Positions 37,109 through 47,240 of a DNA stretch of 64,000 nucleotides are shown here, piece by piece (position 1 is the first letter of the stretch; each line of letters starts with the position of its first letter). The stretch comes from Escherichia coli. GTDB lineage: Bacteria; Pseudomonadota; Gammaproteobacteria; Enterobacterales; Enterobacteriaceae. The stretch lies in NCBI RefSeq assembly GCF_024700885.2, contig NZ_CP117014.1, one strand, 5' to 3'. The notes under the pieces are model-generated. The model did no database searches and was not told the origin of the DNA. It was given only the letters and a program-made list of their open reading frames with translations. The position numbers and the translations under genes were made by a program.

Positions 37109-37594
37109 ATGGCAAACATTGAACCTCGCTGGCTAATTGAAGCCCGTAAGCACATTGGCTTGACTGAAATAAAAGGCGCTAAACACAACCCTGAAATCGT
37201 TCAGTTCTGGCGCGACATCAAGCGCGGCGGAATTAAAGACGATGAAACGCCGTGGTGCGCAGCATTTGTCGGTGCAATGCTGGAACGTGTAGGCATTCGC
37301 TCAACAAGATTTGAGTCGGCAAAATCCTATCTGGATTGGGGCGAGAAATTAGATACACCGGCATACGGATGTATCGTTGTATTTACCCGCGTAGGCGGTG
37401 GGCACGTAGGCTTCGTTGTCGGACGCCGCGCCAATGGCGATCTGCTTGTCCTGGGTGGGAACCAGGGGGATGCGGTTAATATTCGCGCATTCCCAACATC
37501 AAGAGTGTCTGGCTATCGCTGGCCTGCTGGCGAACCACGCAATACCGCCCTGTTACCAGTCGGAGACGCAGCAACCTCAACTAATGAGGCATGA
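37109..37594 (+). CDS. CHAP/NlpC-P60-like peptidoglycan hydrolase (candidate endolysin)
   Basis: Cys in ETPWCAAFVGA and His in GGGHVGFVVG typical of the TIGR02594-type family; occupies the lyz region relative to P1. Confidence 0.5.
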   Translation: MANIEPRWLIEARKHIGLTEIKGAKHNPEIVQFWRDIKRGGIKDDETPWCAAFVGAMLERVGIRSTRFESAKSYLDWGEKLDTPAYGCIVVFTRVGGGHVGFVVGRRANGDLLVLGGNQGDAVNIRAFPTSRVSGYRWPAGEPRNTALLPVGDAATSTNEA

Positions 37595-37622
37595 AAAAAG
37601 CCCCGGCCAGGCCGGGGCATCA
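37594..37622. terminator. Rho-independent terminator after the hydrolase gene
   Basis: AAAAAAGCCCCGGCC-a-GGCCGGGGC. Confidence 0.55.
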
Positions 37623-37823
37623 CGCTTCAAGTCACGATCCAATCATTACCGACTATATCAGCCGTCGATAAATCAACTTCCCGGATCTGGAGTCCATTAA
37701 TACAAAACCATCCGGTAGTAGAGTAATTATCAGGCCAGGCCCATACACCAACACTCCATGCTTTACGGCGGCACACTTCAGCCTGTCCTTCCCTGATTTT
37801 TTTTACCGCCTGCATGATGTCCA

Positions 37824-38531
37824 TCACTCACCTCCCCAACCGATCACCTGGAATTGCCCCATTTTGGGGTGATACCAGCGTTTTCCTCGGTGTTCAGCCT
37901 CCGACATCATCCGGTTAAAAGCATTCATGAAGGGAGATAAGGCCACGATGGAACGACGCGACAATACCCCCTCTGGAGTCAAAAACTCATGTGTATCGGT
38001 GGGAATCCGGTAAGCGTTGACAAGGTTTCGGCATTTGGCTTCAGTCAGGCCGCATTTCGCCGCCAGCTGGCGGTAGCCAATGTAGCCTTCCGGAATATTG
38101 CCTTTCTTTATTTGCTCGACGGTTTCAGCGACCTGGCTAACCTTTGACTCAACAGCATGAATCAGCTTTTGCTGCTGAACTGCATTCGCAGCCATTGCAG
38201 CGATCATCTCTATTTCGGTCAACGGCTGGCGTACTTGTTCTTCCAGTTCGCGCCAGCGGTCCACCAGCCGGGCGGTGAATTCGGGAGAGAGCTGCGCGAC
38301 GACAATGATGCTGTCTCGTTTGCCTTGCTCGCCTTCGAAGACGTAAGCCTCAACGCCACGACGCAATCCTAAGTTATTGATTTTTTCGAAAACAGCCATT
38401 GGCGGTTTTCGGATAATGCTTCGAGCAACCATACGCTCAATACTACGTTTAACGTCAGAGTGTTGGCTTCCCACCAGCTCCGCAATCTCAATGCTGGTCA
38501 TTGATAGTTTTTCGAGAATGCAGATACCCAT
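37824..38531 (-). CDS. Rha-family phage regulatory protein
   Basis: N-terminal MTSIEIAELVGSQHSDVKRSIERM resembles the Rha domain. Confidence 0.45.
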   Translation of the reverse strand: MGICILEKLSMTSIEIAELVGSQHSDVKRSIERMVARSIIRKPPMAVFEKINNLGLRRGVEAYVFEGEQGKRDSIIVVAQLSPEFTARLVDRWRELEEQVRQPLTEIEMIAAMAANAVQQQKLIHAVESKVSQVAETVEQIKKGNIPEGYIGYRQLAAKCGLTEAKCRNLVNAYRIPTDTHEFLTPEGVLSRRSIVALSPFMNAFNRMMSEAEHRGKRWYHPKMGQFQVIGWGGE

Positions 38532-38755
38532 CAGTGTGCCTCCGCAATTCCGGGATTGGTAATATTGCGATACCAGGGATTAGTGTTTGGTTGTGGGGAA
38601 GTAGAGAAACGACCAGTAAGAACACCATGCTGATCAGGGATCAGAGAACGGGCTTCTTTTTCGGTTGCGGCAATTGCGAAGTGATCGCAGCGTTTTTGCA
38701 GGGAGTGGAAACGCCAGATGAATTCTGGACGTGAGCAAGGATTGGCATTAACCAT
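38531..38755 (-). CDS. Hypothetical 74-aa protein
   Basis: ORF coupled to Rha-like gene. Confidence 0.3.
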   Translation of the reverse strand: MVNANPCSRPEFIWRFHSLQKRCDHFAIAATEKEARSLIPDQHGVLTGRFSTSPQPNTNPWYRNITNPGIAEAH

Positions 38756-39168
38756 AGTTACGGCCTCACTAACAGGTTTAACAACCTGCCACCCGCTGTC
38801 AAACAGGTGGCAGGACGTGACAGGGTTGACAGACTGGCGTTAGTGAAACCAGCAGGCCGAAGCCTCCCCATCACGCCCCACCATAATTCGGGCGTAACGC
38901 GGTTTACGGACACAAAAATACCGCAATATCGGAAATCTGCGGTTGTCCGCACTAACATTCAGGCTGTCAAACCCGGTCGCAGAATTTGCTACGACGGCAT
39001 GAATATAAGCCTGAAAACATGGAAGATCAACTAAAAATTTCAGCAATGGATGACTTCAGTCGATGATGCAGATCATACATTCCGTTTTAGAAACAGCAAA
39101 TTAATTTTCTAACATAAATAATCGGCCGAGCATTTTCCGATCATTGGGATGTTTTGTAGACACACAGG

Positions 39169-40131
39169 TCATCCCCTAAATCCCGCAGGGATTGACCAAT
39201 CCTCACGGTCAAATTCAGACCGATAGCCACGCTGTTTCATCAGGTCAAAGGCTTCACCAATGGTTGCACACCCCTGGGAGCCAGAATAATCCATTGAGAA
39301 ATCTAGGGCACTGGATTGTTTAGGCTTATTCACTGCGGTAGCGGCACTACGTATCCATGCAAATTTTTTTGCCAGCTTTTCAGCGGTACGATACAGAGCC
39401 TGCCGTTTTGCGTGCCCCTCGTCTGAACGACGCTTTGCAGCTCTCGCTTTTGCCGCCGCCAGGCAGTGGTTGGTATGTTCTTCCCTGATTACTGGTTTTT
39501 TATCCAGTACCCCGTTATCCGTTTGAGAACTATCTGCAGGTGAAGCCTTTGGCTGAACCGCGCATGATCTTTCTCTTCTTTTGGCTATAGAGTGACTCTT
39601 ATTTTCTATTGGCTGTTCATTTTGAACATGGGGGGACTTGTTCAATTTGAACAGGGGGTTCCCAGTTTCAAAAAAATAACGAACCTTTGAAATCAACTGC
39701 TTAACCAGTTTTGTGGCGTTGGCAAATTTGATGCCCTGCTTACCCCCTATCTCCATTGCTACATGAATGAAGTGGAGAAATTGTGTCGTAAACCGATATA
39801 CGTTACACACCTGGGCATTGTTATTCGCTACCTGATGTTGCTTAACAAGCATTCCGCACTTCGTCGCTTCAGCAAATGCCCGGCGCACAGTAGAAATACT
39901 GCGTCCTGTAATCTCGGACATATCAGCATATGAGCGACGGATCATGTATTCATCGGTAGACCCTGCCAGGTTGGCGAACTCGGCAATAATGGCGCTATGT
40001 GAAGGGGAAAGAAGACCGCTATGACGAGCAAAAAAACTCAACTGATGACCTTTGATTTTTTTGTGGTATTCAGTGTTGTTTTTATACTCAGAAGTGTTGA
40101 AAGTTACTGAAACTGAATTTAAAATACTCAC
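39169..40131 (-). CDS. Putative replication initiator (RepL-like) with internal palindromic repeats
   Basis: HTH-like MSEITGRSISTVRRAFAEATKCGML; two tandem palindromes inside the coding sequence; operator-like motif upstream. Confidence 0.4.
   Translation of the reverse strand: MSILNSVSVTFNTSEYKNNTEYHKKIKGHQLSFFARHSGLLSPSHSAIIAEFANLAGSTDEYMIRRSYADMSEITGRSISTVRRAFAEATKCGMLVKQHQVANNNAQVCNVYRFTTQFLHFIHVAMEIGGKQGIKFANATKLVKQLISKVRYFFETGNPLFKLNKSPHVQNEQPIENKSHSIAKRRERSCAVQPKASPADSSQTDNGVLDKKPVIREEHTNHCLAAAKARAAKRRSDEGHAKRQALYRTAEKLAKKFAWIRSAATAVNKPKQSSALDFSMDYSGSQGCATIGEAFDLMKQRGYRSEFDREDWSIPAGFRG
39614..39657. repeat. Two tandem palindromic sites TGTTCA-N3-TGAACA inside the RepL-like gene (candidate internal origin)
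   Basis: TGTTCATTTTGAACATGGGGGG and TGTTCAATTTGAACAGGGGG about 24 bp apart. Confidence 0.4.
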
Positions 40132-40304
40132 CAGATAGTTCCGTGAAAAAATCTATCTACCGTATAAATCTATGGCAGTGGATTTATACACCCAAAAAGC
40201 CGCTTCTCAGCGGCTTTTGCTTTTTTGGCAGTCGCTACCGGAGCAGTGACCGCGATCCTACTCGATCCCATCCACCAGGATCAACAGTGTATATAAATAC
40301 ACTA

Positions 40305-40312
40305 TGTTAGAA
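40305..40312 (-). promoter_or_regulatory. Operator-like motif upstream of the RepL-like operon
   Basis: TGTTAGAA about 175 bp upstream of the 40131 start. Confidence 0.35.
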
Positions 40313-40331
40313 ATTTAACTTAACAAGGCGA

Positions 40332-41330
40332 TTACCCCCTTCTGGAAACGAAGAGTAACGGGGTAGTGTTTTTGTTCTCCTTCGGTGATAACTCTGGTTC
40401 TTTCTTGCCTGATACCGGTAAGCCATAAGTAGCATTTGCCCCAAGAGATTCAAGCATCGCAGCCACTATGCGGGCATCATCTTCAGACTGCATACGGCAG
40501 AGCGCCCGGCGCTGTTCTGCGCTGATAAAAACAGGCATTTCCTGGATAGCTTCACGCAAAATCCGGCGGCATTGCTTTGCATTTTCCCCCTGGCTTTCCA
40601 TCATCGCTGTTTGAGCGCGCAGCTTATCTCGAAGCTGTATGTTTTCCACTTCAAGGAGCATCAATTCTGATTCCAGGGCTTCACGATGTGCAGATTCGAG
40701 CATGGCTTGCTGATTTTTCATTGCTGAAAAGTGGTGAACCAGATCCGTAGCAGCGTTATCGGTAAAACCTTGTTCGATAAGTGCTGCATGAATAGCCGCA
40801 TCGCGCTCTTCTGCTGATTCAAGCATCAGGCTTTTCTTGTCGAGGCTGATATAGTTAGGCACAGTTACGTAATCAAAGCCGTGGAAAGACTTTACCAGGG
40901 ATACCGATGAATCTGGACCAGATGTAGCCCACGACCAACCACCAGCACCAGAATTAATCATGCCCTGAACAATACGCCCGGTGTCTGTATTCAGTATTTC
41001 CTGCGTATGAGTAACAATGCCGTTGTCGTCAATCGAAATGTCGATAGTCCTGTTTGACGGCACGTTCTCCAATACAACAGGCTTCCCATCTACCATCACA
41101 ACAGAGACTTCCGGCAAGTTCAGGCTTTTCGTTTTGTTATAGTGCATCGCCCGGCGACCATGACCGTAATAACCATACATCTCACCCAGCGCGATACGCT
41201 CTTTTGTTTCTGGCGAGTTGAATGTGTCTCGTACCGACTGAATGACGTAATTTCGGTTGTTCTGCGGTGTGTGTTTGCGGATTTTCTCTACCAGGGAGAA
41301 GCGATCCGTAACAGTATTCAGTGATTGCAT
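40332..41330 (-). CDS. Putative prohead protease/scaffold (Pro-like)
   Basis: 332 aa with C-terminal coiled coil; directly downstream of the portal candidate. Confidence 0.4.
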   Translation of the reverse strand: MQSLNTVTDRFSLVEKIRKHTPQNNRNYVIQSVRDTFNSPETKERIALGEMYGYYGHGRRAMHYNKTKSLNLPEVSVVMVDGKPVVLENVPSNRTIDISIDDNGIVTHTQEILNTDTGRIVQGMINSGAGGWSWATSGPDSSVSLVKSFHGFDYVTVPNYISLDKKSLMLESAEERDAAIHAALIEQGFTDNAATDLVHHFSAMKNQQAMLESAHREALESELMLLEVENIQLRDKLRAQTAMMESQGENAKQCRRILREAIQEMPVFISAEQRRALCRMQSEDDARIVAAMLESLGANATYGLPVSGKKEPELSPKENKNTTPLLFVSRRG

Positions 41331-41343
41331 TATTTCCCTCCGG

Positions 41344-43026
41344 TTAATTGCTCATCACAAATTTTGCAAAGTTTATTAACTGTTCTGGCGTCCAGTTTTC
41401 CGGATCGTCACCGGACGACAACGGCGCGGATTCGTACATACCATGCTCGTTGTTTTGCTCTGATTCATTCGCCTTAAACTCTTTGATCATGGTGTTGAGA
41501 GTGTCATCGTCGATGTGCAACTGCTCAGTGAACAGATAACGCATAAACGCGTCGCTACCAGCCAGTTTCGGGTTGTTCTGGATCTGGTCCATAATTTGGG
41601 AGATGACAGCAACAAAGTTGGCGCGTGCATCCAGTTCTCGGTTTTCCTCTTCCTGGATAGCTGTGTTCATTGAGTTGAATTGCACGTCATAAGGGCGGTT
41701 TGTTTCGGTGTAAACCTTGCCGTATTTATAAGCGAGGTGAATGTCCAGAAGCCGATAAATAGTTCGCTGGGCGGCCTGTCTGATCCAGTTCGCACGCAAT
41801 GCAGCCTGGATAGCAGTTTGCTGCCAGCCGCCTTCTCCAAGCCCTCCGCTCATCTGATCAGCCCAGCCAAGCATTGTTGCGTCAATGCCGAGGCTTGCAG
41901 CAAGCTGCCGGAGGTGAAACATAACGTCTTCGATACCACTGATATCTGCGGGTATGGATTGCGTATCAATGGTGATGCCGTTCTTCCCGTCTCCCATAAC
42001 AGGTATCAGATGGTTAAGCACAGTCGGAATAGCGTTGGCATTAATCGACCTTTGCGCCACCAGGTCACTATGACGCTTCAATGCCTGGCTGACGCCACGC
42101 GTATAGTTCGCCGCATTAACCGGGTCCAGTGTGTTCGTCGTAAGAGCAATCAGGCGGTCAATTTTGGCTGCATTATTTCGCGTTGATTTCAGCGCGGCGA
42201 GCGAAGCACATAAATTAAGGTAAGGTTCATAGCTGTATTCCAGGAATGAAGTTCCGTAATTCTGCGTCTCCATTAACGGCTTATCAGCCTGATCACTTAA
42301 CAGTGAGTACCCTTTTGTGCCGTAGCTAACCGGAATAACTTTATGCTGTGGCGTCCAATAGGGATTTTTCATGGAAACCAGATTCCACGGTTCGGTTATT
42401 ACTCTGCGCAAACTATGCGTATCCAGAATGTAATCACCACTGAAACCTACCAGCTGGCTACCACGATAAAACTCCTGGACGAAGTGTGGCAGAGTGTAAT
42501 AACTGGACTCAATGCCTGTTATCCCCCTGCCCTGTTCAGCATAAGGTCGGACATAAGACACCCCAAAGATCGCCATAATCATGGCCCATGAAGGAAGTCC
42601 GTCATTAATCACCGTCCCCAAATCAGCGGTTAACTCTTCACATCTACTTACTGCCTCGGCATCGGAACCATCCTTTGGCGAAAGGATGAATGCTTGTCCG
42701 GTTTTTTTTGAAGGCGCAAGCGCATGTGCAATGTGAATATTTAAAGCCGTCGAGATAGTCGGGCTTTTAGCCATCGTTTCCAGGATGTTGTACTTTTGCA
42801 GGCGGTCGCCGGGCAGTTCTGCCGAAATTGATACTGTATCTGCCGCGCTTGTCATGCCATCGCTATTGCCACCCAGTATCCCCGGACGTAAAGCGGACAG
42901 ACCAGAACGCGCAACGACACTATGACCGCTCGTAAAAACGACCGGATCGGCAGGCGTGACATCGCCACTGTTGAAGGCTTTCTTCAATGCCGACAGAAAG
43001 CCTTTGTTTTTGTCTTTCGTTGCCAT
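41344..43026 (-). CDS. Putative portal protein (Prt-like)
   Basis: 560 aa; size and position next to protease gene and the dar cluster. Confidence 0.4.
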   Translation of the reverse strand: MATKDKNKGFLSALKKAFNSGDVTPADPVVFTSGHSVVARSGLSALRPGILGGNSDGMTSAADTVSISAELPGDRLQKYNILETMAKSPTISTALNIHIAHALAPSKKTGQAFILSPKDGSDAEAVSRCEELTADLGTVINDGLPSWAMIMAIFGVSYVRPYAEQGRGITGIESSYYTLPHFVQEFYRGSQLVGFSGDYILDTHSLRRVITEPWNLVSMKNPYWTPQHKVIPVSYGTKGYSLLSDQADKPLMETQNYGTSFLEYSYEPYLNLCASLAALKSTRNNAAKIDRLIALTTNTLDPVNAANYTRGVSQALKRHSDLVAQRSINANAIPTVLNHLIPVMGDGKNGITIDTQSIPADISGIEDVMFHLRQLAASLGIDATMLGWADQMSGGLGEGGWQQTAIQAALRANWIRQAAQRTIYRLLDIHLAYKYGKVYTETNRPYDVQFNSMNTAIQEEENRELDARANFVAVISQIMDQIQNNPKLAGSDAFMRYLFTEQLHIDDDTLNTMIKEFKANESEQNNEHGMYESAPLSSGDDPENWTPEQLINFAKFVMSN

Positions 43027-43209
43027 GAGTCACCGCGAAATGTTTTCAGTTTGCGGCAGCATAATCAGTATGTGATTTTTGATGATGGATCTTTTCAACT
43101 AGAAATATTGGCTGGCCCCTCTCGTAACAAAGTGAAGAATAAAACTTGAATATGCACATTGTGCGCATTAAGATTGAAAAAGTTGACCACTTTGCTGCGG
43201 AGAAATCCC

Positions 43210-43512
43210 ATGAAAAGCTCTTTAATTAATTCCAAATTACACCAACTTGCTATCAAAAATCGAGTTCCTGCATGGTCGGTTTACATGCATATCAGCCGCG
43301 CATGTCTGAGCAATGAAAACATTTACAATCTGCAAATTCTAAGCCGGGAAGGCAGGACTTTGTTTAGCGTTGCAGAGGATTCCTATAAGGCCTGGGATAT
43401 GCTGGATGACGCGTTAAGCCAATACGCGCAAACAGAAGAATGCCAAAAAGAATGGGCCAGGTACTGTGATGAAGGGATGCCATGCTGCGGTCTATTCGGC
43501 GCAGCTCTGTGA
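43210..43512 (+). CDS. Hypothetical small protein
   Basis: ORF; ATG at 43210 with GGAG upstream. Confidence 0.3.
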   Translation: MKSSLINSKLHQLAIKNRVPAWSVYMHISRACLSNENIYNLQILSREGRTLFSVAEDSYKAWDMLDDALSQYAQTEECQKEWARYCDEGMPCCGLFGAAL

Positions 43513-43524
43513 ATCGATTCAACG

Positions 43525-43788
43525 ATGATATACTTCGTTGCGAATCACAGCATTGGCAAAGGGCATATTGTGAAACAACTCCCACCAAACACCCCGGAAA
43601 CTATAATTGAAATCCGCCAGCGAATGGGGCTAACGCAAACGGAGTTAGCCCACAAAATGGGGTATCAACTCCGGGCTTGGCAATTCAAAGAAGATAGAAA
43701 TAAACCGAGACGCCTTATGGCTGGTGAATTTGAGTACCTGTTATTGCTTGCTGGAGAGCATCCTGAATTTATTCTTACACCACGCTAA
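43525..43788 (+). CDS. XRE-type HTH regulator (Hxr-like)
   Basis: IRQRMGLTQTELAHKMG helix-turn-helix; same position relative to ddrB as hxr in P1. Confidence 0.5.
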   Translation: MIYFVANHSIGKGHIVKQLPPNTPETIIEIRQRMGLTQTELAHKMGYQLRAWQFKEDRNKPRRLMAGEFEYLLLLAGEHPEFILTPR

Positions 43789-43792
43789 AAAA

Positions 43793-43808
43793 ACCCGCCT
43801 GACGGCGG
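43793..43808. terminator. Bidirectional terminator between convergent hxr-like and 43823 gene
   Basis: AAAAAAACCCGCC-tgac-GGCGGGATT. Confidence 0.55.
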
Positions 43809-43822
43809 GATTATCAATCATA

Positions 43823-44116
43823 TCAATTCACATCAATGTCTTGATATGATTCGCCAGTATCGTCTTCGTCGTCAGGATCTCCTTCCACCTCTGGCCACTC
43901 AACCTCCCAGCCAACAGTTTCCAGGCTCCGCAGAACAAACACCCCATCGGCATGAATGGTATTCACGATCCCCATTGCGGAATTTGAGTTGATAAAGCGT
44001 AAATCTTGCGCAATATTTTCTTCCGAAATATCGCCTTCAAATATACGCAATGTGCCGTCATCAGAGCATTCAACAATCCCTCTAATCCCAGCGGGACTCA
44101 CAATGCTATACTTCAT
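43823..44116 (-). CDS. Small acidic protein (IddB-like position)
   Basis: 97 aa, acidic C-terminus; overlaps the stop region of the upstream 1013-aa gene. Confidence 0.3.
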   Translation of the reverse strand: MKYSIVSPAGIRGIVECSDDGTLRIFEGDISEENIAQDLRFINSNSAMGIVNTIHADGVFVLRSLETVGWEVEWPEVEGDPDDEDDTGESYQDIDVN

Positions 44117-47100
44117 TTTGCAACTCCTTCATACATCCCAAGAAAAATTCCAGCACGCCGTCATTGTTTAATACAGAGTTAGTCGCCTGCTCCGGATCGG
44201 CATACATCTGCAAGGCCATAGAAAAAATCTCAGTCGCCCTGCAATTGCTTAATGCAGGTGGCTTTGATATAAATCTGCCGCTGACAGAACTTACCGTATT
44301 TTCCATATAAATTTTAGACATATATCCATGACTTAGGTCGGTTCGCACCAAATACTCAGCACTGCCACGGCTACCAATATTATGATAAGAAACTTTACCG
44401 TTAGTTTTTGATTTAATGAAGGCTTTGGCCCTCTCCAATAGATGGGGATTTGAATGTTCTATATGGTGACCTATTTCATGCCATAATACACGCTCGTGAT
44501 CACTATTAGCATCAATTGTTATATTCCCATTTCGACTTGCAAAAGCACGAACATTGTTCTTGTGGTTAATATTTTTTAATGTAGATAAAGTCCCTCCTGA
44601 AATAATATAGGCTTTTTCAATCGTCTCGCGAATACTGTATGCTTTACGGGAGAAAGTTTCATTATCGTGACCACTTAACTGCTCTGCTTCATCAGAAATA
44701 GCAATCCCACGACTCCATTCCTTAGACTGGTCATGTGACACATTTGACGATTCAAGAATCATGTCAAATGCGGCTCTGACTTTTTTATGTACTACATTTT
44801 CAAGCGCATTAGGATAGGCTTTTTGTCCACGTGTTAATGAAGCTATTTCATATAGTTCTGCTTGCAAGTCTTCCGGTATGTCCAGATTAAAAACAAGCAT
44901 TTTTTTCAGATCATATCCAATCCCATGATCATTCTGGTGCAAAACCTCAGCAAGGTAGTCAGTGAGTTTTTCCTTATTTGACCTAACTTTATTGATTTGT
45001 TCTATAGTAAAGTCAACACGCTCCTTGATTCCGTAATATGAGGAATGCTCTGCTAATTCCACTATCTCCTTAAGCCTGACAAGTGTCTCAATATACGCAT
45101 CAGCGATCTCCTCTGCCGTTAGTTCAGAGCTAACTCCGACACTGGCTGTTATTTTCCTACCAGCCGCCATAATATCGTCGATATTATGCAAGCTCTTTTT
45201 GAATAACTTCAAAGTATTTTGGATTATGCACACCATCTCTTCTGCGCTTCCAGCTTTATTCATTTCCTTTCTAAATCTTAAAGCTGTTTTCTCTGCAATA
45301 GACGCTGGAGATTTTAAATAGTTACCTAACCAAACAAGACAACCATTGCGCAATTCATCAATACTAAAGTCATCAGGAATATGTTTTGCTGCATTATGTA
45401 AAACACGTATAAATTGTTCAGCGGGCACGCCTTCTTCTGATATGTTGCAAAACGTTTCAATATCACAATCAATATTTCTTTCATCTGCGAGCGAAGGAGC
45501 TTCATCTCCTTTTTCAATCGCGTCACGCAGTGCGTTAGCATAAAAATTGCTGCGTTGATAAGACAATAACATCGTTGTTAACACAGCGTCGCTGTATCCA
45601 TAACGTTTAGCCCACTCCTTAATCTCATTAACGGTGACATTGCGAATATAAAAACCAAGTTCCAAAAATACATTGCGCTTTATTTTTTTTGCGGACTCCT
45701 TAATTTTTTCTGACACCTTCACGATTCGGATCAAGTCCTCCACGCTGGTCGCATCAGCAATTAGCTTTGAAATGTATGGTTCGACATCTCCTGAAACCGA
45801 TTCAAACATGGCGAAATTAAGCCCTTTACCTTCGCCATACTCAGCCTCAATTTCATCAGAAACGGCAGATAAAATGCTACGCAGATCGACATCTCCGCCG
45901 CCGAACATATCGCCTAACGCTTGTTGCTGGTGAATAAGTTCATCGTTAATTTTTTGCGCCAGTTTCTTGAAAGCTGCCCCCATTCGCTTAGCGCTTCGGT
46001 TGTTGGCAACAATAAACAGAGCAAGCGCTTCTGCTTCCGGAGTGCTATCTCCAAACAATCCACGCTGTGCGATCACCTCTTCTACTGCCTGACCGTTATC
46101 TTTTGCTTCACGAACAAGGTTAATTGCTTCCTGTAGCGCGGCAATAGCCTGTTTATCCAGACCATTCAATTGCTCTATACCGTCTACCAGTCCGGTTACC
46201 GTGTCATGGTGAACATCACCTGAAAGCGACTGCATTTGCGCAAAATCGCTGGCTGCCGTATTTAATGCGGTAAGAATGTTACGCATTTCCGGATCTGGCT
46301 CTTCCGCCACCAGCCGAACAAGCCTTTCATCCTTGTACGCTTTGGCAAAAATTGCATTCTGGATGCGGTCGATAAGTTGTTTCGTTGGACGCCCATCGGC
46401 AGTAAGCAAACCTGCCGTCGCCGTATCACCTATTTCGCGCAAAAACGCACGAATAAACGCATCATTGGACCGCGCCAGTAGATTTCCATCATCTGAAGGA
46501 TTAAATAGCGCCATGACGCTCTCAGTGAGAAATTGCGCATCCGCATACGCTTTTTCACTTGCAGCCATCTCTTGCAGATCGCTGATGTTTGAATCGCGGG
46601 CAAATTGTGCGCGGTCTACATCTGTGAGTCTTTCTCGCACCAATACGGGCATAGACATTTGTGAAATGTCGTCAGGATTCAGACCAAACTCTTTTGCATG
46701 ATCGATCAGGTACTGGCGATATTCATCCGCCTGCCCTTGCTCATAGGCACGCCAGATACCCATGCTCCTTCCGTTGCCGGATTCAACAACGTTGTCCGGA
46801 CCAACTATCGGCGCTCCGTGGCTGCTCATGCCGGAATCCGTTAATTGTGCCGGGCGTAAATTGGAGGCAATACGGTTAACCTGGAGTTTGCTTGATAGCC
46901 GTGTACGGTCACGTGGCTGGAGTTCTTCCGGGAAGGCCGGATTAATCGTACCGTCAAGGTTGTTCGAAATGATCAGACTGCTGGCATCAACGACCTTAAA
47001 AGCCGTCTTTACCTCTGCCCCTTTACTGGTGACTACGTAACTACTGCGCCCCTGGCGTGTTTCTCGCCTCTCTAATGAAGAAACCAGCGCAATAACACTG

Positions 47101-47147
47101 TTAATGTCTGCTGCTTCGGATAGCGCGGAAGTAACTGACTTGTTCAA
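44106..47147 (-). CDS. Large virion/anti-restriction-cluster protein (DdrB-like position) with HExxH motif
   Basis: 1013 aa; LWHEIGHHIEH zinc-metallopeptidase-like motif near C-terminus; position in the dar operon. Confidence 0.45.
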   Translation of the reverse strand: MNKSVTSALSEAADINSVIALVSSLERRETRQGRSSYVVTSKGAEVKTAFKVVDASSLIISNNLDGTINPAFPEELQPRDRTRLSSKLQVNRIASNLRPAQLTDSGMSSHGAPIVGPDNVVESGNGRSMGIWRAYEQGQADEYRQYLIDHAKEFGLNPDDISQMSMPVLVRERLTDVDRAQFARDSNISDLQEMAASEKAYADAQFLTESVMALFNPSDDGNLLARSNDAFIRAFLREIGDTATAGLLTADGRPTKQLIDRIQNAIFAKAYKDERLVRLVAEEPDPEMRNILTALNTAASDFAQMQSLSGDVHHDTVTGLVDGIEQLNGLDKQAIAALQEAINLVREAKDNGQAVEEVIAQRGLFGDSTPEAEALALFIVANNRSAKRMGAAFKKLAQKINDELIHQQQALGDMFGGGDVDLRSILSAVSDEIEAEYGEGKGLNFAMFESVSGDVEPYISKLIADATSVEDLIRIVKVSEKIKESAKKIKRNVFLELGFYIRNVTVNEIKEWAKRYGYSDAVLTTMLLSYQRSNFYANALRDAIEKGDEAPSLADERNIDCDIETFCNISEEGVPAEQFIRVLHNAAKHIPDDFSIDELRNGCLVWLGNYLKSPASIAEKTALRFRKEMNKAGSAEEMVCIIQNTLKLFKKSLHNIDDIMAAGRKITASVGVSSELTAEEIADAYIETLVRLKEIVELAEHSSYYGIKERVDFTIEQINKVRSNKEKLTDYLAEVLHQNDHGIGYDLKKMLVFNLDIPEDLQAELYEIASLTRGQKAYPNALENVVHKKVRAAFDMILESSNVSHDQSKEWSRGIAISDEAEQLSGHDNETFSRKAYSIRETIEKAYIISGGTLSTLKNINHKNNVRAFASRNGNITIDANSDHERVLWHEIGHHIEHSNPHLLERAKAFIKSKTNGKVSYHNIGSRGSAEYLVRTDLSHGYMSKIYMENTVSSVSGRFISKPPALSNCRATEIFSMALQMYADPEQATNSVLNNDGVLEFFLGCMKELQNEV

Positions 47148-47240
47148 AATACACTCCCCTTACATAGAAAGCAGGAAGTGTAAAAAGTGTGTGATTTATG
47201 GACTTACAGGAAAGTGAAAGGGGCATTTCAGCCCCTTTGA

